From Bacillota bacterium (GTDB lineage Bacteria; Bacillota_I; Bacilli_A; RF39; UBA660), in assembly GCA_015059335.1 (NCBI GenBank), contig SVAP01000004.1, positions 20,258 to 84,257 of the forward strand: 64,000 nucleotides of DNA, written 5' to 3'. The notes under the pieces were generated by a model. It did not search any database. It was given only the letters and a program-made list of their open reading frames with translations, and had not been told where the DNA came from. Positions within the stretch are counted from its first letter, which is position 1. Each line of letters opens with the position of its first letter. The translations under genes and the position numbers were made by a program. Positions 19,998 to 29,481 of the stretch are shown here, piece by piece.

Positions 19998-20639
19998 ATG
20001 AATGATGAATTATATACAAAAGTACAAAAATTAAAAATGAAAGATAAAAACAATAAAAATAAAAAGGACAAGATAGTAAAAAAAAGTAAATATTTAAAAT
20101 CAATTTTATATAAGTCGTTAATTACGACAGTACTAGTACTAAGTGTATTAATTATAGCTAAAGCATCAGATAAATATAAAGCTATAATTAAACAAAATGT
20201 ATTTGATAAAAATTTTTCTTTTGCTAGTGTAAATGAGGTTTATACTAAATATTTAGGATCCGCACTTCCTTTTAAGGATATTAAAATATTTAAAGAAGAA
20301 ACTAAAACTACTTTTGAAGAAAAATTAAAATATACTGAGGCAAATAAATATTTGGATGGGGTAAAACTTACAGTTGAACAAAACTATTTAGTACCAATAC
20401 AAGAGAGTGGATTAGTAGTTTTTACTGGTGAGAAAGAAGGATATGGAAATATTGTTATTATTCAACAAGTTAATGGAATAGATATGTGGTATGGTAATTT
20501 AAATAATGTTAATGTTAATTTATATGATTATGTAGAAAAAGGTTCCTTATTAGGAGAAGTTAAGGATACTAATCTATATTTAGTATATCAGAAAGATGGC
20601 AAATATGTTGATTATAAAGAATATATTGAAGAAGATTAA
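19998..20639 (+). CDS. spoIVFA: SpoIVFA-like M23-fold protein
   Basis: TM then GLVVFTG..GYGNIVIIQQ..WYGNL..VEKGSLLG; directly precedes an M50 protease and rplU as in B. subtilis. Confidence 0.75.
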   Translation: MNDELYTKVQKLKMKDKNNKNKKDKIVKKSKYLKSILYKSLITTVLVLSVLIIAKASDKYKAIIKQNVFDKNFSFASVNEVYTKYLGSALPFKDIKIFKEETKTTFEEKLKYTEANKYLDGVKLTVEQNYLVPIQESGLVVFTGEKEGYGNIVIIQQVNGIDMWYGNLNNVNVNLYDYVEKGSLLGEVKDTNLYLVYQKDGKYVDYKEYIEED

Positions 20640-21390
20640 TATTAGTCCAATATTCTTTTTTTTAGCCTTTACATCAGTTATTACAGGATTATTCAAAGAT
20701 TTTTTAGTGTTTACATCAATAATAATATTTCACGAAACAGGTCATATTCTATCTGCAATATATTATAAATGGAAAATAAAAAAAATTAATTTTTATCCAT
20801 ATGGTGGCTACATAGAATTTAATGAAATATTGAATAAACCAATCAAAGAAGAGATAATAATTGTGATATCCGGACCTATTAGTCAAATATTATATTTTTT
20901 AATAATATATTTTCTTTACAATAATAATTATATTTCAACAAATATTTATGAATTATTTAAACACTATCATAATTCTATATTACTATTTAACTTGATTCCG
21001 ATATATCCATTAGATGGTATTAAAATAATAAACTTATTATTAAGTAAATTTATACCATATAGATATGCACATTATATATCATTATTAATATCAATAATAT
21101 TTATTATTGTTTTTACTTTTAGCTCAATTATATTTGGTCTTAGTATGAATTTTATATTAATAGTGGGTGTATTATTAAATCAGATAATTAAAGAAAAAAA
21201 GAATCATAATATGCTTTGTAGTAAATTTATATTTGAAAGATATATGTATTCATTAAGCTTCAATAAAACTAAAATTATTAATGAAGAAAATTTAAAAAAA
21301 ATGTATAGGGATTATAAACATGTATTTAAAACTAGAAATCAATACATAACAGAAAAAAAGGAATTAAAAAAAATATTTAGAAAAGTTTGA
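20596..21390 (+). CDS. spoIVFB: SpoIVFB-like M50 intramembrane metalloprotease (start uncertain)
   Basis: HETGH zinc motif, SGP, NLIPIYPLDG; synteny with spoIVFA and rplU. Confidence 0.8.
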   Translation: MANMLIIKNILKKINISPIFFFLAFTSVITGLFKDFLVFTSIIIFHETGHILSAIYYKWKIKKINFYPYGGYIEFNEILNKPIKEEIIIVISGPISQILYFLIIYFLYNNNYISTNIYELFKHYHNSILLFNLIPIYPLDGIKIINLLLSKFIPYRYAHYISLLISIIFIIVFTFSSIIFGLSMNFILIVGVLLNQIIKEKKNHNMLCSKFIFERYMYSLSFNKTKIINEENLKKMYRDYKHVFKTRNQYITEKKELKKIFRKV

Positions 21391-21420
21391 CTTAATCATT
21401 ATAATATGGTAAAATCTTTA

Positions 21421-21500
21421 ATGTTTGTAGGGCCTCTAACTCTACAACCGCACAGAAAAGGTTAGAAACTTTTAGTACCTTAATGGCGAGTCTTAGAATA
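21421..21500 (+). ncRNA. L21 ribosomal-protein leader RNA
   Basis: Follows TTGACT-17-TAAAAT; contains ACCGC...GGCGAGTC elements recalled from L21 leaders; lies directly before rplU; boundaries approximate. Confidence 0.7.
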
Positions 21501-21520
21501 TTAAATAAGGAGGTAATAAG

Positions 21521-21820
21521 ATGAAAGCAGTTATAGAAACTGGTGGAAAACAATATGTTGTATCTGAAGGTTCAGTAATCTATGTTGAAAAATTAGAAGC
21601 TGAAGCTGGAAAAGATTTTGTTTTCGAAAACGTATTAATGGTTGATGGTAACGTTGGTAGACCATATGTTACTGGTGCGAAAGTTGTTGGTACTGTTGAT
21701 AAACACGGTAAACAAAAGAAAATCGTTGTTTATAAATATAAACCAAAGAAAAAATATCGTAGAACACAAGGTCATAGACAACCATATACAAAAGTTACTA
21801 TTAAAAAAATTGAAGCATAG
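21521..21820 (+). CDS. rplU: 50S ribosomal protein L21
   Basis: [23 protein letters not shown]. Confidence 0.98.
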   Translation: MKAVIETGGKQYVVSEGSVIYVEKLEAEAGKDFVFENVLMVDGNVGRPYVTGAKVVGTVDKHGKQKKIVVYKYKPKKKYRRTQGHRQPYTKVTIKKIEA

Positions 21821-21829
21821 TGATTAGTT

Positions 21830-22129
21830 ATGATAAAGATTATTATTAATGAAGAAAATGAAATAACTATTTCTGGTCATTCTGGATATGAAGAAGCTGG
21901 AAAAGATATAGTATGTGCATCTGTTAGTAGTATTGCAATAACTACAATTAATGGAATACTTAGTATTGATTCTGAAGCCCTTAATTATGAAACTAGTGAT
22001 GGTTATATCAAGATTTTAATAAATAAACATTCTAATATTATTGATGCTTTATTACAAAACATGATTAATTTATTTAAAGAATTAGAGAAAGATTATAATA
22101 AATATGTAAAAATAGAGGAGGTGCGATGA
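21830..22129 (+). CDS. prp: Ribosomal-processing cysteine protease Prp (YsxB)
   Basis: [16 protein letters not shown]; lies between rplU and rpmA. Confidence 0.92.
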   Translation: MIKIIINEENEITISGHSGYEEAGKDIVCASVSSIAITTINGILSIDSEALNYETSDGYIKILINKHSNIIDALLQNMINLFKELEKDYNKYVKIEEVR

Positions 22130-22130
22130 T

Positions 22131-22418
22131 ATGCAACTTTTAAAGTTAAATATTCAATTATTTGCGCATAAAAAAGGTAAAGGTTCATCTTCAAACGGTA
22201 GAGATTCTGCTGGTAGAAGATTAGGAGCTAAAGCTAGTGATGGGGAATTCATTACTGCTGGAAGCATTATATATCGTCAACGTGGAACTAAAATTTATCC
22301 AGGAACAAATGTAGGTATGGGTAATGATCATACATTATTTACTAAAATTGATGGATATGTTAAATATGAACGTTTAGGAAGAGATAAAAAACAAGTAAGT
22401 GTTTACGAAACAATTTAG
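22131..22418 (+). CDS. rpmA: 50S ribosomal protein L27 with Prp-cleaved N-terminal extension
   Basis: LNIQLF|[20 protein letters not shown]. Confidence 0.98.
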   Translation: MQLLKLNIQLFAHKKGKGSSSNGRDSAGRRLGAKASDGEFITAGSIIYRQRGTKIYPGTNVGMGNDHTLFTKIDGYVKYERLGRDKKQVSVYETI

Positions 22419-22508
22419 TTTACATTCGGTATAATTTAAAAGACAATATTTATTGTCTTTTTTTATGTTTGATGTTACAATCTAGATATAATAATAAGGA
22501 GGTTAATT

Positions 22509-23141
22509 ATGAAATATTCAAAGATAGTAATTTTATCAATATTATTAATCGTTAGTATTTTATTTTTAACACCTTTTTTTATTGACTTTAACAATACCAA
22601 TAATAATCAAATATTTAATACAGGTAAGTTGTCTGTTGAAAAAACAGAAGATAAAAACATAGTTGCTTATAATTATAAAAATGAAAAAGGTAAATTAATA
22701 TATTCTTGGACATTTGATAAAAATAAAATAGAAAATCATGAAAAGATAAATCTAGATATGGATTTTGAATCTGAAATTTTATCTAAAGCAATTAATGTAG
22801 AAGATAATGTGAAAATTTTATCATTTGATCACGAGGGATTATTACCTAATAATACACGTGTTAAAGTTTATGTTGGAGACAAATTTAATGAAAATGATAA
22901 GATTAATATATATTATTTTGATGAGGATATAGAAATATTAAAATATAAAAAAAGCTATACAGTGGATAATATGGGTTATATAGAAATAAATTTGGAACAT
23001 TGTTCTGATTATTTACTTACTGTTAATATTATAGAAACTGCAGTAAATAATCCTGCACATATGAGTTTTGTTATATTTGTTTTATTAGCGCTTATCATAT
23101 TATTAATTGGTGTATCGTTATTTTCTTCAAATGGGAAGTAG
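22509..23141 (+). CDS. Hypothetical surface protein with N- and C-terminal TM segments
   Basis: Hydrophobic ends; extracellular beta-rich domain ending LEHCSDY. Confidence 0.7.
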   Translation: MKYSKIVILSILLIVSILFLTPFFIDFNNTNNNQIFNTGKLSVEKTEDKNIVAYNYKNEKGKLIYSWTFDKNKIENHEKINLDMDFESEILSKAINVEDNVKILSFDHEGLLPNNTRVKVYVGDKFNENDKINIYYFDEDIEILKYKKSYTVDNMGYIEINLEHCSDYLLTVNIIETAVNNPAHMSFVIFVLLALIILLIGVSLFSSNGK

Positions 23142-23192
23142 TAATTTACTATTTCTTATTTTTTATGTTATAATATCTGCAGGTGATTTATT

Positions 23193-24470
23193 ATGTTTAT
23201 AGATGAAGTCGTAATTAAGGTTATTGCAGGAAAAGGTGGAGACGGTTGTACTTCTTTTCGTCGTGAAAAATATATTCCAATGGGTGGACCAGATGGAGGA
23301 AATGGTGGAAAAGGTAGTAGTATTATTTTTGAAGTTGATGAGGGTCTTAGAACTTTAATAGATTTGAGATATCAAAAAATTATTAAAGGTAAGAAAGGAT
23401 CGCATGGTGAAGGTAGTAATAGGAATGGTAAAGGTGCAGAAGATTTAATTATTAAAGTGCCTCCTGGAACAACTGTTACTGATAATGAAACTGGTCTTAT
23501 TGTTGCAGATTTAACTAAACATGGTGAGTCAGCAGTAGTTGCGACAGGTGGTCGTGGTGGTAGAGGTAATAGAGCTTTTGCAACTCATGATAATCCAGCA
23601 CCTGAAATCAGTGAATATGGTGAACCTGGTGAAGAAAGAGAAATTAAAGTTGAACTTAAACTTTTAGCAGATGTAGGATTAGTAGGTATGCCTAGTGTTG
23701 GTAAGTCTACATTATTATCTGTAATAAGTGCATCTAAACCTAAGATTGCAGCATATCACTTCACAACATTAAGTCCTAATTTAGGAGTTGTTAAAACTAT
23801 AGATAATAGAAGTTTTGTAGTTGCAGATTTACCTGGCCTTATTGAAGGAGCTTCATTAGGTGAAGGATTAGGTGACCAATTCTTAAAACATATTGAAAGA
23901 ACAAGAGTAATTGCGCACATTATAGATATGAGTGCATTTGAAGGTAGAGATCCTTATGAAGATTATAAAATTATAAATAAAGAATTAGAAGATTTTAATC
24001 CGAAAATTTTAAAAAAACCAATGATAGTTATCGCAAATAAAATGGATATAGAAGGCGCAGAAAAAAATTTAGAAGAATTCAAGAAAAAAGTACCTGGAGT
24101 TAAAATTTTTGAAATTAGCGCTGTATCTAGAACTGGTGTAGATAAAGTTTTAATTGAACTTGCTAATATGTTAGATAATATTCAACAAACTCCTATATAT
24201 GAAGAAGAAAAATTTGAAAGTCATGTGTTATATAAATTTAAAAAAGAACAACCATTTACTATATCTAAAGATCCTGATGGAACTTGGGTAGTATCTGGTG
24301 AACAAGTAGAAAAATTATTTAAAATGACTAAATTTACTACTGATGATAGTATCAAAAGATTTTCTAATAAACTTAGAAAAATGGGTATCGATGATAAGCT
24401 TTATGAAATGGGAGCTCAAGAAGGAGATACTGTTAGAATATTAGATTATTTATTTGAACTTAAGGCATAG
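23193..24470 (+). CDS. obgE: GTPase ObgE
   Basis: GGPDGGNGG, GMPSVGKST, YHFTTL, DLPGLIEG, NKMD, C-terminal DUF1967. Confidence 0.98.
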   Translation: MFIDEVVIKVIAGKGGDGCTSFRREKYIPMGGPDGGNGGKGSSIIFEVDEGLRTLIDLRYQKIIKGKKGSHGEGSNRNGKGAEDLIIKVPPGTTVTDNETGLIVADLTKHGESAVVATGGRGGRGNRAFATHDNPAPEISEYGEPGEEREIKVELKLLADVGLVGMPSVGKSTLLSVISASKPKIAAYHFTTLSPNLGVVKTIDNRSFVVADLPGLIEGASLGEGLGDQFLKHIERTRVIAHIIDMSAFEGRDPYEDYKIINKELEDFNPKILKKPMIVIANKMDIEGAEKNLEEFKKKVPGVKIFEISAVSRTGVDKVLIELANMLDNIQQTPIYEEEKFESHVLYKFKKEQPFTISKDPDGTWVVSGEQVEKLFKMTKFTTDDSIKRFSNKLRKMGIDDKLYEMGAQEGDTVRILDYLFELKA

Positions 24471-24481
24471 GGGGAATTTAA

Positions 24482-25354
24482 ATGTTTAAAACTCAAAAAT
24501 ATGATATTAAAAATTTTTATGTTGGAGAATTGTATATATCTACTAGAATAAATAGACCGTTAGGAACACCTGACAAGGAGATAACAAAAGAAAATAAAAT
24601 TAAATATGATATACAAAACAAAACAACAATGAATGGTGCGATTAGTATAAACGATCATTTTCATTTAAGTAAGAATAATAGATGGTATAATGGATTTCTA
24701 ACAATTTTTTACAAAATAAATAATAATTATATATGTCTACATAATGGAAATACTTATAGATTAAATAGCGAAGATTTTTGTGAAAATTTATTTAGATTAG
24801 ATAGTCTTTTACCAAAAATCAGTTATAATTGTCCTAAAGAAATAAGTAACAAAGCTGCACTTAGAATGTTTAAACAATTATTTGATATAGAATACGAATA
24901 TAAAATAGAAAAATTTTATACCGGTGAGTCATATAAATTAGATGACTTTTATGTTGGTAATTTGGCTCTTTGTTGCAAAAGTAATTCTAAAGAATTAGAA
25001 GAGAGAAGAAGTAAAAATATCAATACACCACAAAAGTATATGTTAAATAAAAGTGATGCATATTTATCATCTATATCAGGAACTATTGCTGATGAAAATA
25101 ATGTTGAATATGATTATTTACACTTTTATACATTATTTTTAAAACAAAAAAAAGGATTGTATAATTTACACAATTTCCAAGTATATAATTCTGGTATATT
25201 AGATAAAGAACATTTCAACAATTATAAACTAAATGAAAGTTATTATGATTGGATGGTACCGTTAAGAGAAGTGTTAGAAGAAAATAAAATTAAATATGAT
25301 TTAGATAATATAAATATTCCAAAAGCACTTAAATTATATAGGAAAATTAAATAA
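24482..25354 (+). CDS. Hypothetical protein with internally duplicated domain
   Basis: Two halves begin YDIKNFYVGELY / YKLDDFYVGNLA and share TxFxK..x.LHN. Confidence 0.75.
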   Translation: MFKTQKYDIKNFYVGELYISTRINRPLGTPDKEITKENKIKYDIQNKTTMNGAISINDHFHLSKNNRWYNGFLTIFYKINNNYICLHNGNTYRLNSEDFCENLFRLDSLLPKISYNCPKEISNKAALRMFKQLFDIEYEYKIEKFYTGESYKLDDFYVGNLALCCKSNSKELEERRSKNINTPQKYMLNKSDAYLSSISGTIADENNVEYDYLHFYTLFLKQKKGLYNLHNFQVYNSGILDKEHFNNYKLNESYYDWMVPLREVLEENKIKYDLDNINIPKALKLYRKIK

Positions 25355-25379
25355 GATTAGACAGGTGGAGATTTAATTT

Positions 25380-25580
25380 ATGACAAAAAAGAATAATGGA
25401 AATTTTAGCTTTTATGCTATTCCATGTAATAAACCTTTTGTTATACCATCAGGATTTTTAACAGGAGAAAGAAAAAGACAAGTTGAACTAAATCACAAAA
25501 AATTTCTTGAGAAGATGAATCAAATAAGTGAAGAAAAAGAGCATACACTTAAGAAAACTATAAATCAAAATAAAAGATAA
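25380..25580 (+). CDS. Small hypothetical protein (66 aa)
   Basis: RBS AGGTGGAG; basic C-terminus. Confidence 0.6.
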   Translation: MTKKNNGNFSFYAIPCNKPFVIPSGFLTGERKRQVELNHKKFLEKMNQISEEKEHTLKKTINQNKR

Positions 25581-25681
25581 TTCTAACCATTATATAAAAT
25601 TATAAATAACTATTATAGTGATATAAACATAATAACAATTCTATTATTGTTAAAAATTTGTTTTTATGTTATAATGAATAT

Positions 25682-25795
25682 GTCAAGGAAACTTGCATAA
25701 AATAAAAAAGGAACATTCAATATTGCAGTATTGAGTGTTGCCATAGAAATGGTTATCACCTAATTCAAAGCTGAGTTAGGTGATTTTCTTTTTAT
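25682..25795 (+). ncRNA. Candidate type I antitoxin antisense RNA (~110 nt)
   Basis: Promoter TTGTTA-17-(TG)TATAAT at 25647-25675; terminator ATCACCTAA/TTAGGTGAT plus T-tract; antisense to the 3' UTR of the toxin mRNA. Confidence 0.65.
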
Positions 25796-25875
25796 ATTAA
25801 AACTATAAATAGTAATAATACTAATAGGAAGATAAGAATTACTAAAGCTAAGATTAAAAAATCTTTCTTGTTCAT
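25792..25875 (-). CDS. 27-aa hydrophobic peptide MNKKDFLILALVILIFLLVLLLFIVLI, candidate type I toxin
   Basis: Strong RBS GGGAGG, single TM helix, own promoter and terminator (25742-25703); absent from the ORF track. Confidence 0.75.
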   Translation of the reverse strand: MNKKDFLILALVILIFLLVLLLFIVLI

Positions 25876-25944
25876 TTTACCGCCTCCCTTCATCAAGAAG
25901 TTTGGCAATCACCCAACTATTGAATATTCCTATAATTATTATAT

Positions 25945-25958
25945 CAAACATTTGTTCT
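25945..25958 (-). promoter_or_regulatory. LexA/DinR (Cheo)-like box in the toxin promoter spacer
   Basis: AGAACAAATGTTTG fits GAAC-RNRY-GTTY, inside TTGTGT-17-(TG)TATAAT on the minus strand. Confidence 0.6.
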
Positions 25959-26049
25959 TGACACAATAACTTATAGTTAATTTTTTAAAACAAATCTAAA
26001 ACCGGGATTTGTTTTTTTTCTTGACAATTAATTTGTTGTGATGTATTAT

Positions 26050-26069
26050 TGTATTAGTGATGTAATACA
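26050..26069 (+). promoter_or_regulatory. YtrA-type GntR operator
   Basis: TGTATTA-N6-TAATACA palindrome immediately downstream of TTGACA-17-TATTAT. Confidence 0.7.
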
Positions 26070-26088
26070 ATAATAGAAAGGATATAAT

Positions 26089-26454
26089 ATGAATTTTGAA
26101 TTTGATAATAATCTTCCAATATATATACAACTAGTTGAACAATTAAAAATGTATATAATATCAGGAAGAATAAAACCAGGTGAAAGATTACCATCAGTTA
26201 GAGATTTAGCTCTGCAGTCAAAAGTTAATCCAAATACAATGCAAAAGGCATTAACAGAATTAGAAGATGTAGGTTTAATTTATACAGAGAGAACTAATGG
26301 TAAGTTTGTTACAATTGATAAAAAACTAATAGAAAAATATAAAAAAGAATATGCTAAAGAATTATCCGATAGATATTTTTTGAGTATGAATAATATTGGT
26401 TACAATAATAAAGAAGCTATTGAATATTTAGAAAAATTAGGAGGAGACAATTAA
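26089..26454 (+). CDS. GntR family (YtrA-like) transcriptional regulator
   Basis: PIYIQL..PGERLPSVRDLA..VNPNTMQKA. Confidence 0.93.
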   Translation: MNFEFDNNLPIYIQLVEQLKMYIISGRIKPGERLPSVRDLALQSKVNPNTMQKALTELEDVGLIYTERTNGKFVTIDKKLIEKYKKEYAKELSDRYFLSMNNIGYNNKEAIEYLEKLGGDN

Positions 26455-27149
26455 TGGAATTATTAGAATGTATTAATCTAGAAAAAAGTTTTGGAAATAA
26501 AAAAATACTTAAAAATATAAATTTAAAAATACCTAGAGGTAAGATTATTGGACTTCTTGGTAAAAATGGTACTGGTAAATCTACTCTTATTAAAATTATA
26601 AATGATTTATTAACTCCAACATCTGGTAAAGTATTAGTGAATGGTAAAGAAATTGGTGTAGAGAGTAAGAAAATTATTTCTTATTTGCCAGAAAGAACAT
26701 ATTTAGATAAATCTATGACAGTTGATAAAGTAATTAATTATTTTGAAGAATTTTATGATAATTTTGATTCTAAAAAAGCTAGAAAATTACTTAAGGATTT
26801 GGGTCTTGATACCACACAAAAATTATCTAAAATGAGTAAGGGTATGCAAGAAAAGGTTCAATTGGTTCTTGTTATGTCAAGAAAAGCAGATTTATATATT
26901 TTAGATGAACCATTGGGTGGTGTAGATCCAGCTACTCGTGATTATATTTTAGATACAATACTTAGTAATTTTAATGAGGGAGCAAGTGTTATTATTTCGA
27001 CACATTTAATTTCTGATGTAGAAAGAATTTTAGATGAGGTAATATTTATTGATAAAGGTAAAATTATACTTACTTCTGATTCTGATGAACTTAGAAAAAA
27101 AGAAAATGGATCAATTGATGAAATATTTAGGAGGATGTTCAAATGTTAA
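26454..27149 (+). CDS. ABC transporter ATP-binding protein
   Basis: GKNGTGKST, MSKGM, LDEPLGG, STH. Confidence 0.95.
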   Translation: MELLECINLEKSFGNKKILKNINLKIPRGKIIGLLGKNGTGKSTLIKIINDLLTPTSGKVLVNGKEIGVESKKIISYLPERTYLDKSMTVDKVINYFEEFYDNFDSKKARKLLKDLGLDTTQKLSKMSKGMQEKVQLVLVMSRKADLYILDEPLGGVDPATRDYILDTILSNFNEGASVIISTHLISDVERILDEVIFIDKGKIILTSDSDELRKKENGSIDEIFRRMFKC

Positions 27150-27934
27150 AAAAGTTATTAAAATATGATTTAATCAATATTTATAAATTTTTAATAATAT
27201 TTTATAGTTTAGCGATATTTTTTGGGATATTAACTAGGATTTTTTTCAGTATTGAAAACTCATTTATATTAAATATAATTGGACAAATTTGTAGTGGTGC
27301 TGCAATATCTATGATGTTTAGTATATTAATCAATAATTTTATGAGATTGTGGGTTAGGTTTAAACAAAATTTATATGGTGATGAATCTTATTTAACACAT
27401 ACCTTACCAATAGAAAAGAAAACGTTATATTTATCAAAAATAATTACAGCAATTATTACATTGTTTACAAGTGTATTAGTAGTAGCATTAACATTATTTA
27501 TTGCATATTATTCAAAAGATTCAATTGAACTGATTAAGGGTATGTTACTTCCACTTGCCAATGCATACAATAATAAGGTAATTATAATTTTATTTTTATT
27601 ACTATTTGTTTTGTATCTTCAATTTATGAATATGTTACAATGTGGTTTAATTGGGATAATACTTGGACATAAAAAAAATAATACTAAAACTCTTTATTCA
27701 GTATTATTTGGATTTGGAGTATATCTTGTTAGTCAAACAATTATATTAATAATAATATTTTTAATGGCATTATTTAATAAAGATATAATGAATTTAATGT
27801 ATACAAATGAAATGATTAGCCTTTCATCAACAAAACTAATTGTTTATATATCAATTATAATATATACAGTAATATTATTTATTGAATATATTATTGGTAT
27901 AAAATTATTGAACAAGGGTGTAAATGTTGATTAA
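27143..27934 (+). CDS. ABC transporter permease
   Basis: Six TMs, ESYLTHTLP motif; operonic with the ATPase. Confidence 0.85.
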   Translation: MLKKLLKYDLINIYKFLIIFYSLAIFFGILTRIFFSIENSFILNIIGQICSGAAISMMFSILINNFMRLWVRFKQNLYGDESYLTHTLPIEKKTLYLSKIITAIITLFTSVLVVALTLFIAYYSKDSIELIKGMLLPLANAYNNKVIIILFLLLFVLYLQFMNMLQCGLIGIILGHKKNNTKTLYSVLFGFGVYLVSQTIILIIIFLMALFNKDIMNLMYTNEMISLSSTKLIVYISIIIYTVILFIEYIIGIKLLNKGVNVD

Positions 27935-28248
27935 TCAATAAAATTAATTTTAGTATTTAATATTTCACTTTTAATAGAATTACTTGGTAATTCTATTATT
28001 TTTTTTGCATTTTTAATTTTTAAAAATTTATATGGCTCTATAGATTTTTTATAACCTACAACTTTATTATCTTCATTAATACCTATAATATCGATTGCCT
28101 CTTTCATAAATATTGTGTGTATTGAATTACACTTTTCAAATAGTAATCCTGATGTAATGTTTTTTTTGAACATAAAACCTAATAATCTATCTTTAAAAGA
28201 AGTACATTTTTTTATATTTATTATTTTATTATCAATAACTATTTTCAT
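27931..28248 (-). CDS. DUF192 domain protein
   Basis: RLLGFMF..GLLFEKCNSIHTIFM..IIELP. Confidence 0.85.
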   Translation of the reverse strand: MKIVIDNKIINIKKCTSFKDRLLGFMFKKNITSGLLFEKCNSIHTIFMKEAIDIIGINEDNKVVGYKKSIEPYKFLKIKNAKKIIELPSNSIKSEILNTKINFID

Positions 28249-28322
28249 GTTCTCACCAATATAATAATAACATTTACAAATAATAAATTCAATTATGTGT
28301 TATAATTTATTTAGGTGGTAGT

Positions 28323-29276
28323 ATGAATAACAATTTTTTAATATATGGTGAAGATGAATTTTTGATAAAAAATAATATTAAAAAAATAATAAATTCAAAA
28401 AACAAAGAAAATACTTCAGTAATATATTATGATATGAGTGAAGTAACTATAGAGGAAGTATTAGAGGAATTAAACACTTTTGATTTGTTTGATAATGATA
28501 AAATTGTTATTTGTGAAAAGAGTATTTTTTTAACTGGTGAAGGTAAGAAGGATGTATATAATGTTGATATTCTACTTGAATATTTATCTAAAGCTAGTAA
28601 TAATAATGTTTTAATTATTACAAATTCTAATATTGATGAAAGAAGAAAAATTGTTAAGGATATTAAGAAATATTGTAATGTTATTAAATGTGATAAATTA
28701 AAAGACTACGAAATAGAGGATTATATTTTAAAAAGATTTCAAAAGGTAGGATATAGAATAGATACAAATTCTGTTAATTTAATTTTTGATAGGGTTGGAA
28801 ATGATTTGACTACAATCAATAATGAAATTAAGAAGCTTGTTATGTATAAATTAGATTCGAAATTAATAACAGAAGAAGATGTCTTAAAATTAGTACCTAA
28901 AAGAGTTGATGATAATATATTTGATTTAATTGATGCTGTAGTAGAAAATGATAAAAGAAAAATATTTGAATTATATGAAGGTCTTACAAATTATTATGGC
29001 GAAGAACCTACTAAAATTATAGTTATGATTTCCAATCAATTTAGATTAATGTTGCAATGTAAGATATTAAATAATAATGGTATGGGTGAAAAAGAGATAG
29101 CTGATTATTTAAAGATTCACCCATATAGAATTAAACTTTCATTACAAAAATCTAAATCTATTAAAAAGGAAGAGTTAGAAAGATATTTAGTGGATTTGGC
29201 TAATTTAGATATAAATATTAAAAGTGGTAAAACAAATAAAAACATAGGGTTAGAATTATTCTTTTTAAATATGTAA
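28323..29276 (+). CDS. holA: DNA polymerase III subunit delta
   Basis: LIYGEDEF, NEIKKL, IFDLIDAV, IHPYRIK, LELF. Confidence 0.92.
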   Translation: MNNNFLIYGEDEFLIKNNIKKIINSKNKENTSVIYYDMSEVTIEEVLEELNTFDLFDNDKIVICEKSIFLTGEGKKDVYNVDILLEYLSKASNNNVLIITNSNIDERRKIVKDIKKYCNVIKCDKLKDYEIEDYILKRFQKVGYRIDTNSVNLIFDRVGNDLTTINNEIKKLVMYKLDSKLITEEDVLKLVPKRVDDNIFDLIDAVVENDKRKIFELYEGLTNYYGEEPTKIIVMISNQFRLMLQCKILNNNGMGEKEIADYLKIHPYRIKLSLQKSKSIKKEELERYLVDLANLDINIKSGKTNKNIGLELFFLNM

Positions 29277-29327
29277 AAGAATAATTTTTTTATATATAAG
29301 GAAAGTACGTTAATTTTGAGAAATATA

Positions 29328-29356
29328 TTGACACAGGTACATTTGTTCGCTATAAT
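29328..29356 (+). promoter_or_regulatory. Consensus sigmaA promoter with LexA-like box in the spacer
   Basis: TTGACA-17-TATAAT; the spacer holds GGTACATTTGTTCG (reverse complement CGAACAAATGTACC). Confidence 0.65.
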
Positions 29357-29481
29357 TAATATACAGTAATGAGTAGTGTATAACAATCGTAAATATTGTA
29401 ATTTTACTGGTACAATATTTTAAATTTATGTTATAATTGAGTAATGCGTTTTTTAGCATTACATGAAAGGAAGTAATCAAG

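Noticed and set aside
25700-25930. Fst/par-type arrangement for the TA locus
   Set aside because: The shared sequences are inverted (intramolecular 5'-3' pairing), not the DRa/DRb direct repeats of par, and the peptide lacks the Fst APxxxG motif
29391-29462. Rex or Fnr boxes upstream of pflB
   Set aside because: Palindromes TTGTA-N10-TACAA and GTAATGC-N8-GCATTAC do not fit Rex (TTGTGAA-N4-TTCACAA) or Fnr (TGTGA-N6-TCACA)
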